The notes under the pieces were generated by a model. It was not told the DNA's origin, ran no database searches, and saw only the letters and a list, made by a program, of their open reading frames with translations. 64,000 nt of DNA from Acidobacteriota bacterium (lineage in GTDB: Bacteria > Acidobacteriota > Thermoanaerobaculia > Gp7-AA8). The translations under genes were made by a program, and so were the position numbers. The stretch covers positions 64,001-128,000 of the forward strand of contig JAFATB010000020.1 in assembly GCA_019244185.1 (NCBI GenBank). The letters are read 5' to 3'. Shown one piece after another: positions 48,698 through 59,033 of this stretch; positions within the stretch are counted from its first letter, which is position 1, and each line of letters opens with the position of its first letter.

Positions 48698-49729
48698 TCA
48701 TTCACTCGAGACGATCGATGAGAAAGGTTCGGAGATGGAGTCGTGCGGCTGGCCGGCGGGCGGCGCGACGCCGCGCTCGATGGCCAGCCGCGTGATGACC
48801 GACGTCCAGCAGTCGAGGCGCAGTCCGTCGGCGCTGTGCAGGTCGAGCAGGCGGTCGAGCTCGAGGTCGAGACCGAAGAGCGGCTCCGCGCCCTCGCGCA
48901 GTTGGCGCGTGTCGTCGCCGCGCTCAATCGCGTGCACGAGCCCCGCGAGCAGCGCGAGGTCGTGCGCGACGAGCTCGGAGCGCTGGCTGATGCCGCCGAG
49001 GAGCGCCACGACGGCGATCACTTCCTCCCACGTGCGCGCGCCGATGCTCTCGGCCGGATACTCGGACGAGAGCCACGACTGCAGGCGGAACTGCAGCATG
49101 CGCAACTCGCGGCGGTCGCCGATGCGCATCGAGGAGTACTCGGTGGAGTTGAGCAGCGCCGCGATGCCGCGGCTCGCGGCGAGCAGCCTGCTCTTCAGAT
49201 CCTGATGTCCCCTCCCCGCGTTCCACACTTCGCGGCGCAGCGTCGCGTAGCGGCGGCGCACGGCCAGCGACGCCGCCAGCTCCGCCGCGCGGTCGAGCCG
49301 CGCCGGCAGATGGTCGTACCGACTGAGCGCGCCTTCGACGACGCTCGCCGATTTCGCGAGACTGCGCAGCGAGCGCTCGCAGTTCTCGAGGAACGTCCAG
49401 TGATCGCACGGCTGCGCGTGCGTCAGCAGCGTGCGCCGCTGCTGGAGCGCCATGCCGGCCAGCGCGATGATGTCCGCCGCGTCGACGCGTTCGCGGTCGT
49501 CTTCGTCTTCCTCGAAGCGCGCGCCGACGCGGCTGATGATCGCGTACGTCTCATCGAGCAGCGGCACGATCGTGCGCAGCAGCGCCTCGTGCGCCGCCTC
49601 GGATTTGTCCGGCTCCGCCGCGCGCAGATCGATCGACTTGCCGCGCAGCAGCACGTCGCGAATCGCTTCCAGCGCACGGGAAACGAAATCCACGTGCTCG
49701 AAGGGCACATCCAGATCAACAGTTGCCAT
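48698..49729 (-). CDS. Uncharacterised alpha-helical protein, first gene of the sigma-54 operon
   Basis: 343-aa ORF with coding-like composition between the promoter and the roadblock genes. Confidence 0.72.
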   Translation of the reverse strand: MATVDLDVPFEHVDFVSRALEAIRDVLLRGKSIDLRAAEPDKSEAAHEALLRTIVPLLDETYAIISRVGARFEEDEDDRERVDAADIIALAGMALQQRRTLLTHAQPCDHWTFLENCERSLRSLAKSASVVEGALSRYDHLPARLDRAAELAASLAVRRRYATLRREVWNAGRGHQDLKSRLLAASRGIAALLNSTEYSSMRIGDRRELRMLQFRLQSWLSSEYPAESIGARTWEEVIAVVALLGGISQRSELVAHDLALLAGLVHAIERGDDTRQLREGAEPLFGLDLELDRLLDLHSADGLRLDCWTSVITRLAIERGVAPPAGQPHDSISEPFSSIVSSE

Positions 49730-49757
49730 TGCGGAATCGGACCGAGGTCGCCTAAGC

Positions 49758-49772
49758 GCAAGGCAGGTGCCA
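49758..49772 (-). promoter_or_regulatory. Sigma-54 (-24/-12) promoter
   Basis: TGGCAC-CTGCC-TTGC on the minus strand, 28 nt before the ATG at 49729. Confidence 0.85.
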
Positions 49773-49803
49773 CGGCCGCGCAGAGAGGAAGGCGCGTCGT
49801 CGT

Positions 49804-49840
49804 TGTCGCGATCCGCGACGGTTTGTCCAGGATCGAGACA
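49804..49840. promoter_or_regulatory. Tandem dyad sites, candidate upstream activator sequences
   Basis: TGTC-N9-GACG (49804-49820) and TGTC-N9-GACA (49824-49840), 20 bp apart, upstream of the sigma-54 promoter. Confidence 0.6.
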
Positions 49841-49862
49841 AACGCAGCGCGACGTGCGCGGC

Positions 49863-51260
<1,398 letters not shown>

Positions 51261-51396
51261 GGATTACTACTGCCGGCGCGGACGCCAGAAAAATACACGC
51301 ACCCGAAACGTTACCTGCGCCGCGATGATCGCACCGCGGGCCGCGCGTGTATACGTGCGCTTACGCCGACGACCGATGCTCGCTAACATGCACGCG

Positions 51397-52221
51397 ATGA
51401 CGGGCAAGCTCCTCCTCGTCGGCACGCCGCTCGGCAATCTCTCCGACATGCCGCCGCGCGCCGTCGACGCGCTGAAGTCGGCGGATCTCATCCTCTGCGA
51501 GGACACGCGCCACACGCGCAAGCTGCTCACGCACTTCGGCATCGATCGTCCGACCGACAGCTATCACGAGCACAACGAGGACGCGAAAGCGGACTCGCTC
51601 GTCGACCGCATCGAGCGCGGCGAGACGCTCGCGCTCGTGAGCGACGCGGGCATGCCGGTCGTCTCCGATCCCGGCTATCGCATCGTGCGCATCGCGCGCG
51701 AACGCGGCGTCGTCGTCGAGCCGGTGCCGGGTCCCTTCGCGGGCGTCCTCGCGCTCGCCGCCAGCGGCATCGCACCGCTCCCCTTCACCTTCCTCGGCTT
51801 CTCGCCGCATCGCCAGGGTGAGCGCCTCGATTTCTATCGACGCGCCGCGGAGCTCGGGCACACGACGATCGTCTACGAGTCACCGGAGCGCGTCATCGCC
51901 TCGCTCGAAGACGCGCTCGCGGTCCTCGGCGACGCCGAATGCGCCGTCGCGCGCGAGCTCACGAAGCTGCACGAGGAGATCGTGAGCGGACGGATCTCGG
52001 AGGTGCTGGCGACGCTGCGCGAACGCGAGCGCGTGCATGGCGAGATCACGCTCGTCTTCGGCGCGGCGGCGGTCGCGGCGGAAGAAGTGTCGACGGAAAC
52101 GCTGCGCGCGGAGTTCGAGCGGTTGCGCGAAGAAGGGCTGCGGCGCAACGACGCGGTGAAAGCGGTCGCGGAGAAATTCGGGATGCGGCGGAACGACGTC
52201 TATCGTCTGCTCGCCGGCTGA
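51397..52221 (+). CDS. rsmI: 16S rRNA C1402 2'-O-methyltransferase
   Basis: VGTPLGNL.D, CEDTR, VSDAGMP..SDPG, YESP.R, RELTKLHEE. Confidence 0.95.
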   Translation: MTGKLLLVGTPLGNLSDMPPRAVDALKSADLILCEDTRHTRKLLTHFGIDRPTDSYHEHNEDAKADSLVDRIERGETLALVSDAGMPVVSDPGYRIVRIARERGVVVEPVPGPFAGVLALAASGIAPLPFTFLGFSPHRQGERLDFYRRAAELGHTTIVYESPERVIASLEDALAVLGDAECAVARELTKLHEEIVSGRISEVLATLRERERVHGEITLVFGAAAVAAEEVSTETLRAEFERLREEGLRRNDAVKAVAEKFGMRRNDVYRLLAG

Positions 52222-52808
52222 TCGATGAGGATCGCGCGCGAGAACTTGATGAAGTAGTCGATGCCCGAGGCGAGCGCGAAAAGCATCACCGCCCACAGCG
52301 CGATCGTGCCGGTGAGGCGCAGCTCGCCGAGCTCGTAGCCGAGGATCAGGAGCGAGATGGCGATCACCTGCGAAATCATCTTGCCTTTGCCGAGCGGCGA
52401 CGCGGCGATGGTCACGCCCTGCTGCGCGGCGATCGAGCGCAGACCCGACACCGCGAACTCGCGTCCGATGATGATCACCACCATCCACGCGGGCACGTGC
52501 TTCGAGTCCATCTCCACGAGCGAGATGAACGCGGCGGACATGAGCAGCTTGTCGGCGATCGGATCGAGCAGCGCGCCGAGGCGCGTGGTCTGGTTGCGGC
52601 GCCGCGCGAGCCAGCCGTCGAAGAAGTCGGTGACGGCGGCGACCAGGAAGATGCCGAGGCCGACGTACTCGCGTCCGGTGAACTTCGTCAGGAGGACGAC
52701 GACGAGGAACGGAACGAGGAAGATGCGCAGCAGCGTCAGCGCGTTCGGAAGGTTCCAGATCTCGGTCGATGCATACGTGGGGCGCGCGACGGTATCGGGG
52801 ACGGACAT
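52200..52808 (-). CDS. pgsA: CDP-diacylglycerol--glycerol-3-phosphate 3-phosphatidyltransferase
   Basis: NLPNALTLLR, TDFFDGWLARR, GALLDPIADK, REF.VSGLR. Confidence 0.94.
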   Translation of the reverse strand: MSVPDTVARPTYASTEIWNLPNALTLLRIFLVPFLVVVLLTKFTGREYVGLGIFLVAAVTDFFDGWLARRRNQTTRLGALLDPIADKLLMSAAFISLVEMDSKHVPAWMVVIIIGREFAVSGLRSIAAQQGVTIAASPLGKGKMISQVIAISLLILGYELGELRLTGTIALWAVMLFALASGIDYFIKFSRAILIDQPASRR

Positions 52809-52879
52809 CGACTCTCGCGAGTCAGGATAGTCGTTTCGTCCGGACGTGGGAAGCATCGCTAGGAATTTCAACCACGCAA

Positions 52880-52907
52880 TTGACATTCCGGGTGCAGCAG
52901 TTAGAAT
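52880..52907 (+). promoter_or_regulatory. Sigma-70 promoter for tRNA-Leu
   Basis: TTGACA-N16-TAGAAT. Confidence 0.82.
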
Positions 52908-52930
52908 CGCCCGCCTTCACAGGTTCTCAC

Positions 52931-53017
52931 GCGAAAGTGGCGGAACTGGTAGACGCGCAGGTCTCAGAAGCCTGTGACCGCTAGGTCATGGGGGTTCGAT
53001 TCCCCCCTTTCGCACCA
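52931..53017 (+). tRNA. tRNA-Leu (CAG)
   Basis: GCGAAAGTGGCGGAACTGGTAGACGC...CT CAG AA, long variable arm, GGTTCGATTCC, CTTTCGCACCA. Confidence 0.96.
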
Positions 53018-53026
53018 ACCTCTCTC

Positions 53027-54175
53027 CTACGTCAGCCGTTCGTCTCCCGAAACCGGCAGCCGCAGTGCCACCGCCTCGTGCGCGTGCAGATCGCACTGGT
53101 TCGCCGCGCCGCGGGCCATGAGAGCGCCCTCTCGTTTGAAGTGAATCTTCGAGGGTGACGTCCGGTGCGCGGAGATGCGGCGCCAGTGGATGTGCACCTC
53201 GCCGACCGGCAAGCCCGCGAACGTGTACGCGCGCGAGTAGTTGTTGACGCCGTCTTCCACGGCGCCGGTGACGGGATCCGCACCACCGGAGTACTTGGGC
53301 GACGCGGTCACGGCCGCGGTCCGCATCTGCCCCACGTAGTTGGTGTAGACCTGCGTCGCGTTGTGGCTGCCGACGTACGTCGCGATGTCCGCCAGTCGTT
53401 GCGCTTCGGCTGCCGCCGCCGCGGCGGCTGCTGCCGCCGCTGCAGCTGCTGCCGCGGCAGCAGCATCGGCGACCGCCGTACGTCTCGCGGTGTACGCCGC
53501 CTTGATCCCGTCCCGCTCCGCGATGCTGTCGTCGTACGTATTCGCGATGCCGAGCGCGGCGCGCGCCGCATCGACGCGACGCCTGTTCTGCACATCCTTC
53601 ATCTTCAGACCGGCATCGTCCGCGTAAATGCGTTCGCCGAGTTGCACCTGTTCCGCCGGCGTCAGCAGACGCTGCACCGTACGCGCCGCGGCCGGCGGAC
53701 GCGTCATCCGCTGCGCGACGAACGCCGCCTCGACACGCAGCGACATCCGCGAGGCCTCGGCTTCGGCCGCCGCATCGTGCACGACCGCCACTCCGCCGCC
53801 GAACGGATTGCGAATGCGGCCGGCGCGCTGCTGCACGACGTGCGCGAGCTCGCGGCCGAGGAGCTGGCGTCCGCGCGGCGTCGCGGGATCGTACTGGCCG
53901 GTCGCGAAGTGGGTGTCGGAGCCGCGCGTGAACGCCGTCGCGCCGAGGGCCGCCGCGTGCGGTCCGACGTGAATGCGCATGTCGGAGAACGACGTGTTGA
54001 AGACCGACTCCATCATCTGCCGCACGGGCGCGTGCAGCGGCATGCCGCGACCGGCGCCGAAATTCGAAAGCGCCGGCGGCAGCGGCACGCTGGTGGCGCC
54101 GCGCGCCTGCACGCGCGTCGCGAGCTGGGCGACACCATGAGGGAAGGATCCCTGAATCACATCCGCACGCGGCAT
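53027..54175 (-). CDS. DUF4157 (eCIS core) domain protein with unknown C-terminal domain
   Basis: GMPL..PVR..ME..F...FSD.RIH, A.AFT.G, G.YDP....G..LL.RELAHVVQQ; GGAGG RBS. Confidence 0.85.
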   Translation of the reverse strand: MPRADVIQGSFPHGVAQLATRVQARGATSVPLPPALSNFGAGRGMPLHAPVRQMMESVFNTSFSDMRIHVGPHAAALGATAFTRGSDTHFATGQYDPATPRGRQLLGRELAHVVQQRAGRIRNPFGGGVAVVHDAAAEAEASRMSLRVEAAFVAQRMTRPPAAARTVQRLLTPAEQVQLGERIYADDAGLKMKDVQNRRRVDAARAALGIANTYDDSIAERDGIKAAYTARRTAVADAAAAAAAAAAAAAAAAAAAEAQRLADIATYVGSHNATQVYTNYVGQMRTAAVTASPKYSGGADPVTGAVEDGVNNYSRAYTFAGLPVGEVHIHWRRISAHRTSPSKIHFKREGALMARGAANQCDLHAHEAVALRLPVSGDERLT

Positions 54176-54275
54176 TGCACGCCTCCCGATGATCGGATCG
54201 CATTCATCGTAGCAGCAGCGCCGCATGCGCGGTCGCTCTTCCCGCTGGCCCATCCTTCGCAGTAAGTTGTTCGCG

Positions 54276-54701
54276 ATGAGGCGCATCGCCGTTCTTCTGT
54301 CCGCCGTCCTGCTGCTCGCCGCGTGCGACGCGACCACCGCACCGCAACAAAACGCGCAGAGCGAGATGCGGACGATCAGCTCCGCGCCGCCGCGACCCGC
54401 CCCGCTCGACGCGCCGCCGACACTGCAGGACGAGGCGCCGCCGCCGAAGCCGAAAGCGATGCCGTGGGAGACGCCGACACCGATCGTCTTCACGCCCGAC
54501 GACGAGAAGCTGCGCGCGTCGCTGCCGTTCACGCCCGCCATCGCCATGGACCCGATCGACGGCAGCAAGATCTCCATCCGCGCCGCCACGCCCACCTTCG
54601 AGTTCAAGGGAAAGATCTACTATTTCTCGTCGGACGATCACAAACGCACGTTCATGTCCAAGCCCGAGGAATACGCGAAGGGCGTCTTCACCAAACTCTA
54701 G
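54276..54701 (+). CDS. YHS domain lipoprotein
   Basis: LAAC lipobox; DPIDG...FKGKIYYFSS..HK..F...PEEY. Confidence 0.85.
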   Translation: MRRIAVLLSAVLLLAACDATTAPQQNAQSEMRTISSAPPRPAPLDAPPTLQDEAPPPKPKAMPWETPTPIVFTPDDEKLRASLPFTPAIAMDPIDGSKISIRAATPTFEFKGKIYYFSSDDHKRTFMSKPEEYAKGVFTKL

Positions 54702-54710
54702 GCGGCGCGC

Positions 54711-55874
54711 TCATCGCGTGACGACGATCCCGGAGGTCCAGCGCACTTCTCCGAGGTCGAGCGAGCGCCAGTAGACCTTCTGCAGCGACGTCTCGAGCGC
54801 GAGTCCACGATCGAGCTGAACGCGCAGCGCCAGCGCCGCCGCGACTCCCGCTTCCACGCCCGCGACGAGTTCCACGCCATTGCGCGTGAGGAGCCGATGT
54901 TCGTCGCGCCAGTCGGCGAGCTCGACGCCGGCGCTGCCTCGCAGCGCGAGCGCGCGCGTCAGCGGCACGACGCGCGAGATTGCCACGCCGTACCCTTCGA
55001 TCGTCTTGCTGCGAAAGTTGCCGTCGTAGCCGCGGAACATCGACGGGATGGAGGACTCGTGCGCGGTCGAGCTCCACGACAGCTCGACGTCGACGTGATG
55101 CCACGGCAGACGGCGCGCGGCCGACAATCGATTCACGGCCGCGGCGGTCAGGGCACGGTCGCTGCCGAGGCCCGCGCCCGGCCACGTCGTTCCCGTCATC
55201 GCACCGAACTCCCACGAGGAAAGGGCGGCGCCGGATCCGTCCGCGACGAGCATCACGGAGATGTCGCGCGATGGCGCCGCGTGCATGCGCGAGAGCGTGA
55301 AGTCGCGGCGCGATACGCGGACTGACGCTCCCGGCCGCAACGGCAGCGTCGCCGCGAGCTCGAGGAAACGCATGCCGCCCAGCTCGTCGCGCGTCGTCGT
55401 CGCGAACGCGCCGATTCCGTAGCGCGCTCCGAATCCGAACCGCGCAAGCCGTACATCCGCGCCCGCGAACGCCGATCCGCTGAGCAGCGCGAAGTCTCGC
55501 TGGCTGAGGTTGTACTCCGTATGACTGATCGCGGCGTCCGCTCCGCCGACGATCCGCACGGGGCCGAGCGTCCAGAAGTCGCGTTCCCGGCCCGCGCGGA
55601 ATCCGATCGAGTCGTCGAGGTTTCCGCGCGCGAAGTCGACGGCGTCGCAGTTCGGCGCCGCAATGCGTGACGCGACGACACCCGCGTCGGGCGCACTCTC
55701 GATGTCACGGCAGCTGGGCTGATCGTGTCCGTGGTGGCCGATCGTCGTCCACCGCGAGGTGAAGCCGCCGGCAAACGTCCGCCATTCGTCGGCGCGCGCG
55801 GCCTGGATGGGAAGAAGGACCGCGAACAGCGCGGTCGCGATGCGAAATCGGAGACGTCGTGTTTGCGTGAGCAC
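54711..55874 (-). CDS. Exported hypothetical protein, probable beta-barrel
   Basis: Signal peptide ending ARA and many alternating beta strands. Confidence 0.6.
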   Translation of the reverse strand: MLTQTRRLRFRIATALFAVLLPIQAARADEWRTFAGGFTSRWTTIGHHGHDQPSCRDIESAPDAGVVASRIAAPNCDAVDFARGNLDDSIGFRAGRERDFWTLGPVRIVGGADAAISHTEYNLSQRDFALLSGSAFAGADVRLARFGFGARYGIGAFATTTRDELGGMRFLELAATLPLRPGASVRVSRRDFTLSRMHAAPSRDISVMLVADGSGAALSSWEFGAMTGTTWPGAGLGSDRALTAAAVNRLSAARRLPWHHVDVELSWSSTAHESSIPSMFRGYDGNFRSKTIEGYGVAISRVVPLTRALALRGSAGVELADWRDEHRLLTRNGVELVAGVEAGVAAALALRVQLDRGLALETSLQKVYWRSLDLGEVRWTSGIVVTR

Positions 55875-56061
55875 GCCGCGCCACTAAGGCAACGGGTACG
55901 CCGCGCCACCGCCAACTTGCGCGGAAGCAGCGATCGACGCTCAATTGCAAGCAGCCAAAGAACATCGGATCGAAACCGCAAGCGCGCCCGCTCGGGCGTG
56001 CGTGCGACTCGCGTCAGGGAACGCAGACGCGTCGTGTCCGCGTGACCAGACAAACGTGCGG

Positions 56062-56170
56062 CCTTCGCATTCAGCGAGGCGCTGATTTACCATGACGCCC
56101 ACGGACGAGTACGGCTGCTCGTTCCTGAAACCCCCGGCAAATACGCGAAGGGAGTCTTCCCAACTCGAAT
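56062..56170 (+). pseudogene. Decayed copy of the 3' end of the YHS gene
   Basis: aatacgcgaagggagtcttc versus aatacgcgaagggcgtcttc at about 54670; collinear blocks ccttcg, gat.tac.at, cggacga and cgttc also shared. Confidence 0.65.
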
Positions 56171-56172
56171 CG

Positions 56173-57684
56173 ATGCGGCGTGGTTGGACGTACGTCCTGG
56201 CCTGCCTCGGCTACACGGCGTTCTGGCTCGTCACCCGCTGGCCGGCCATCGCCGCGAACCCGCTTTTCTTCGACGACTTCGCCCTCCCCGCCACCCCCGC
56301 CGCGTTCTACATCGGCTCGTACCGCCCGTTCCTCTGGCTCGAGTATCGATTCTGGGAGCTGCTCATCCCGGGACACTTCTGGACGCACGTGCCGAAGCTC
56401 GCCGCCGCGATTTACCTCGGCCTCTTCGCGACCGCGCTGGCCGCGCTGCTGCGCAAGTGGAACGTGCCGCCCGCGATCGCGTTCGCGACGCCGCTCGTCG
56501 TCCTCGCCAATCCCGTCCTCAACGACGCGGGCCTCTGGAACTCGCTGCACGCGCTGCCGCTCGCGCTCGCGCTGATCACGGCGGCGGCGGTGGTGTGGGA
56601 ACGCGAGGACGCGTCGTGGCGGATGTGGCTCGGCGGCGCGGCGCTGCTGCTCTGCGGGATCTTTGGATATCAAATCTTCGTCAGCCTCGCCGTCGTCTAT
56701 CTGCTCGCCGAGCCGGCCGTGAAGACGCTCACCGGCGTCGCGTGGAACTGGCGCGCGTCGCTGCGCAAGCTCGTCGCGATCGCGGCGGTGACGTTCGTGC
56801 AGCTCGTGTACATGCAGCTGACGCGCACGGCGGACAGCGATCCGCGCGGGCTGCTGCACGCGACGTCGTTCCGCGCGTACCTGCTGGAAAAACTGCACGG
56901 CCTCATCGATCTCGCGGTCAACGGCGTGATGCCGATCCTCGCGTACGCCGGCGGCGTGCGCCTCGCCTATCGCACCTGGTACTACGTGCCCCTCGTCCTC
57001 GGCGTGCTGCTCGCGATTGCGACGTGGCGGCGTTTCGGCGCGTCGCGCGCGTTGCTGTACGGCGCCGGTCCGCTCGCGCTCTTCTTCGCGCCGTCGCTGC
57101 CGTGCCTCATCAGCAGCGCCGATCCGTACGCATGGCGCGTGTCATCGCCGGTCGCCGTGTCGCTCGCGCTGTCGTTGATGATGCTGCTGCTCGTGCTCGC
57201 ACGCGATGCGCGTGCGGCGTCGGCGGTGCTCGCTGTCGCCGCGATCCTCGTCGCGCCGATCGGCCACTACGAGGCGTCGCTGCGCGTGATCAGCGTCGAG
57301 CGCGACGCGCGCCTGCTGCGCGAGCTTGGCAACGCGCGTGCGGTGTCGTACGTCGGGCCCGCCCTCGGCGCGGCGGAAGACGAACGGCTCGCCGGCCCGC
57401 ATCTGCTGACGTGGGGCTACGAGGTGCGCACGCCCGCCATGTGGTCGGGCTTCTCGAACGCCTGGACCACCGCCTACTTCCTGCGCCACGTCGCGCCCGC
57501 GGTCGCGTATGTCGACTGCTCGCCGGCGATGCAGGGACGCGTCTGCGACGATGCGCGTTCGCTGTGCGCGCGCAGCTCGCCGGCAGCGGCCCGCCCGCTC
57601 GTCGCTCAGGGCGAGGGTGTCGTCGCGGTCTGCGCGCCCGACGGACGCGCGAATCGCCGCATCACCACGGCGTCGTCGCGATAG
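56173..57684 (+). CDS. Polytopic membrane protein, GT-C/GtrII-like
   Basis: FFDD, YRP, GYQ motifs with about ten TM segments. Confidence 0.62.
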   Translation: MRRGWTYVLACLGYTAFWLVTRWPAIAANPLFFDDFALPATPAAFYIGSYRPFLWLEYRFWELLIPGHFWTHVPKLAAAIYLGLFATALAALLRKWNVPPAIAFATPLVVLANPVLNDAGLWNSLHALPLALALITAAAVVWEREDASWRMWLGGAALLLCGIFGYQIFVSLAVVYLLAEPAVKTLTGVAWNWRASLRKLVAIAAVTFVQLVYMQLTRTADSDPRGLLHATSFRAYLLEKLHGLIDLAVNGVMPILAYAGGVRLAYRTWYYVPLVLGVLLAIATWRRFGASRALLYGAGPLALFFAPSLPCLISSADPYAWRVSSPVAVSLALSLMMLLLVLARDARAASAVLAVAAILVAPIGHYEASLRVISVERDARLLRELGNARAVSYVGPALGAAEDERLAGPHLLTWGYEVRTPAMWSGFSNAWTTAYFLRHVAPAVAYVDCSPAMQGRVCDDARSLCARSSPAAARPLVAQGEGVVAVCAPDGRANRRITTASSR

Positions 57685-59033
57685 ACGTCCTGCTCCACCG
57701 CTCCCGGCGCAATCACCCGCAGCCGATCCTGCGGATCGAGGAACGTGATGAACGTGCGCACATTCGCGGGAACGACGAGTTCCTCCGCGCGCTCGGTGCG
57801 CAGGAGCCAGTCGCGCGCCGGGATGCTCGTGTAGTGGCGCAGCTCGAGCGTCGTGAACGGCCGGCAGATGACCGGCGTGCCCGGCGTATGCCATTGCTCG
57901 AGCCGCGCGTACGCGGCGCGCATGTCGCGGATGTGCATGTACGAGGTCGTGTACGTCTCGCCGCGCGTGCAGAAGAGCAGCACGGCGAGAAACACCGGCG
58001 CGGCGTAGACGAGCCGCAGGTTCGCGAGCCACTGCACCGCCAGCGCGAACACGAAGACGACGCCCGGCAACGCGAAGAGCATGAGGCGCACCTCGCCGTA
58101 CGGATAGACGTGCGCCGCGCTCGCCAGCAGCACGAGCAGCGGCGGCGCGAGCGCGGCGATGAGCCACGAGCCGCGCGTGCGGTCGCGCCTCACGACCACG
58201 CAAACGGCGAACGCCGCAATCAGCACGACGACCAGCGGCAGCAGGAACCGCGTGAGATTCAGCGACTGCCCGAGCCAGAGCCGCGTCTGATGCACGACGA
58301 AGGACGGCGAACCGTTCCAGAACGCCGGGACCGTGTTCGTAAAGTACGCGTTGAGATCGAACTCCTGCACGTCCTGCGCGCCCGGCTTCAGATACGCGAC
58401 GTACGCGAGCGCGAACAGCAGCGCGAAGCCGGCGTGCAGCGCACCGAGGCGCACGCGTGTGCGCCAGTCGCGCGCGTAGACGAGCGACGCCGCGCCGGTC
58501 GCGGCGAGCGCGAAGATGCTCGCGTGCAGCACGAGGACGCAGATCGCCGCGACGATCGCGAACGTCTTCCACCGCCGCGCATCCTCGGTCGCCCGCACGA
58601 AGAGCCACAGCAGCAGCGCGCAGCCGAGCGCCTCCCACGTGTACTGCTTGAGCCGCGCCGCGTAAAACGAGACCGGACTCGAGAACGCCAGCAGCGCCGT
58701 CGCCACGAGCATCCCCGCGCGGCCGAATGCGCGTGTTGTGCGCCACACGAGGAGCGGCACGAGCGTCAGCGCGCACGCCGCGACTTCCGCCGGCACGCGC
58801 ATGCAGCGCTCGCCGAGCCCGCAGACGTGCATCGCCAGCAGCTGCGCGAAGAAAAAGAGCGGCGGCACGTGGAAGCGATGCGGGATGTAAACGCCGCCGC
58901 GCACGTAGTCGAGCACCCACAGTTCGTCGCCGAAGAACGTGTCGTTCGCGTGCGTGAAGCGCAGCGCCGCGCCAACGGCGCAGAGTGCGAGCGCGCCGAT
59001 CGCGGCGAGCGCATCGAGCCGCGGGCGCGTCAT
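57606..59033 (-). CDS. GT-C fold membrane glycosyltransferase-like protein
   Basis: FFGDE, PPLF, MR.P, YA.RLKQY motifs. Confidence 0.72.
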   Translation of the reverse strand: MTRPRLDALAAIGALALCAVGAALRFTHANDTFFGDELWVLDYVRGGVYIPHRFHVPPLFFFAQLLAMHVCGLGERCMRVPAEVAACALTLVPLLVWRTTRAFGRAGMLVATALLAFSSPVSFYAARLKQYTWEALGCALLLWLFVRATEDARRWKTFAIVAAICVLVLHASIFALAATGAASLVYARDWRTRVRLGALHAGFALLFALAYVAYLKPGAQDVQEFDLNAYFTNTVPAFWNGSPSFVVHQTRLWLGQSLNLTRFLLPLVVVLIAAFAVCVVVRRDRTRGSWLIAALAPPLLVLLASAAHVYPYGEVRLMLFALPGVVFVFALAVQWLANLRLVYAAPVFLAVLLFCTRGETYTTSYMHIRDMRAAYARLEQWHTPGTPVICRPFTTLELRHYTSIPARDWLLRTERAEELVVPANVRTFITFLDPQDRLRVIAPGAVEQDVYRDDAVVMRRFARPSGAQTATTPSP

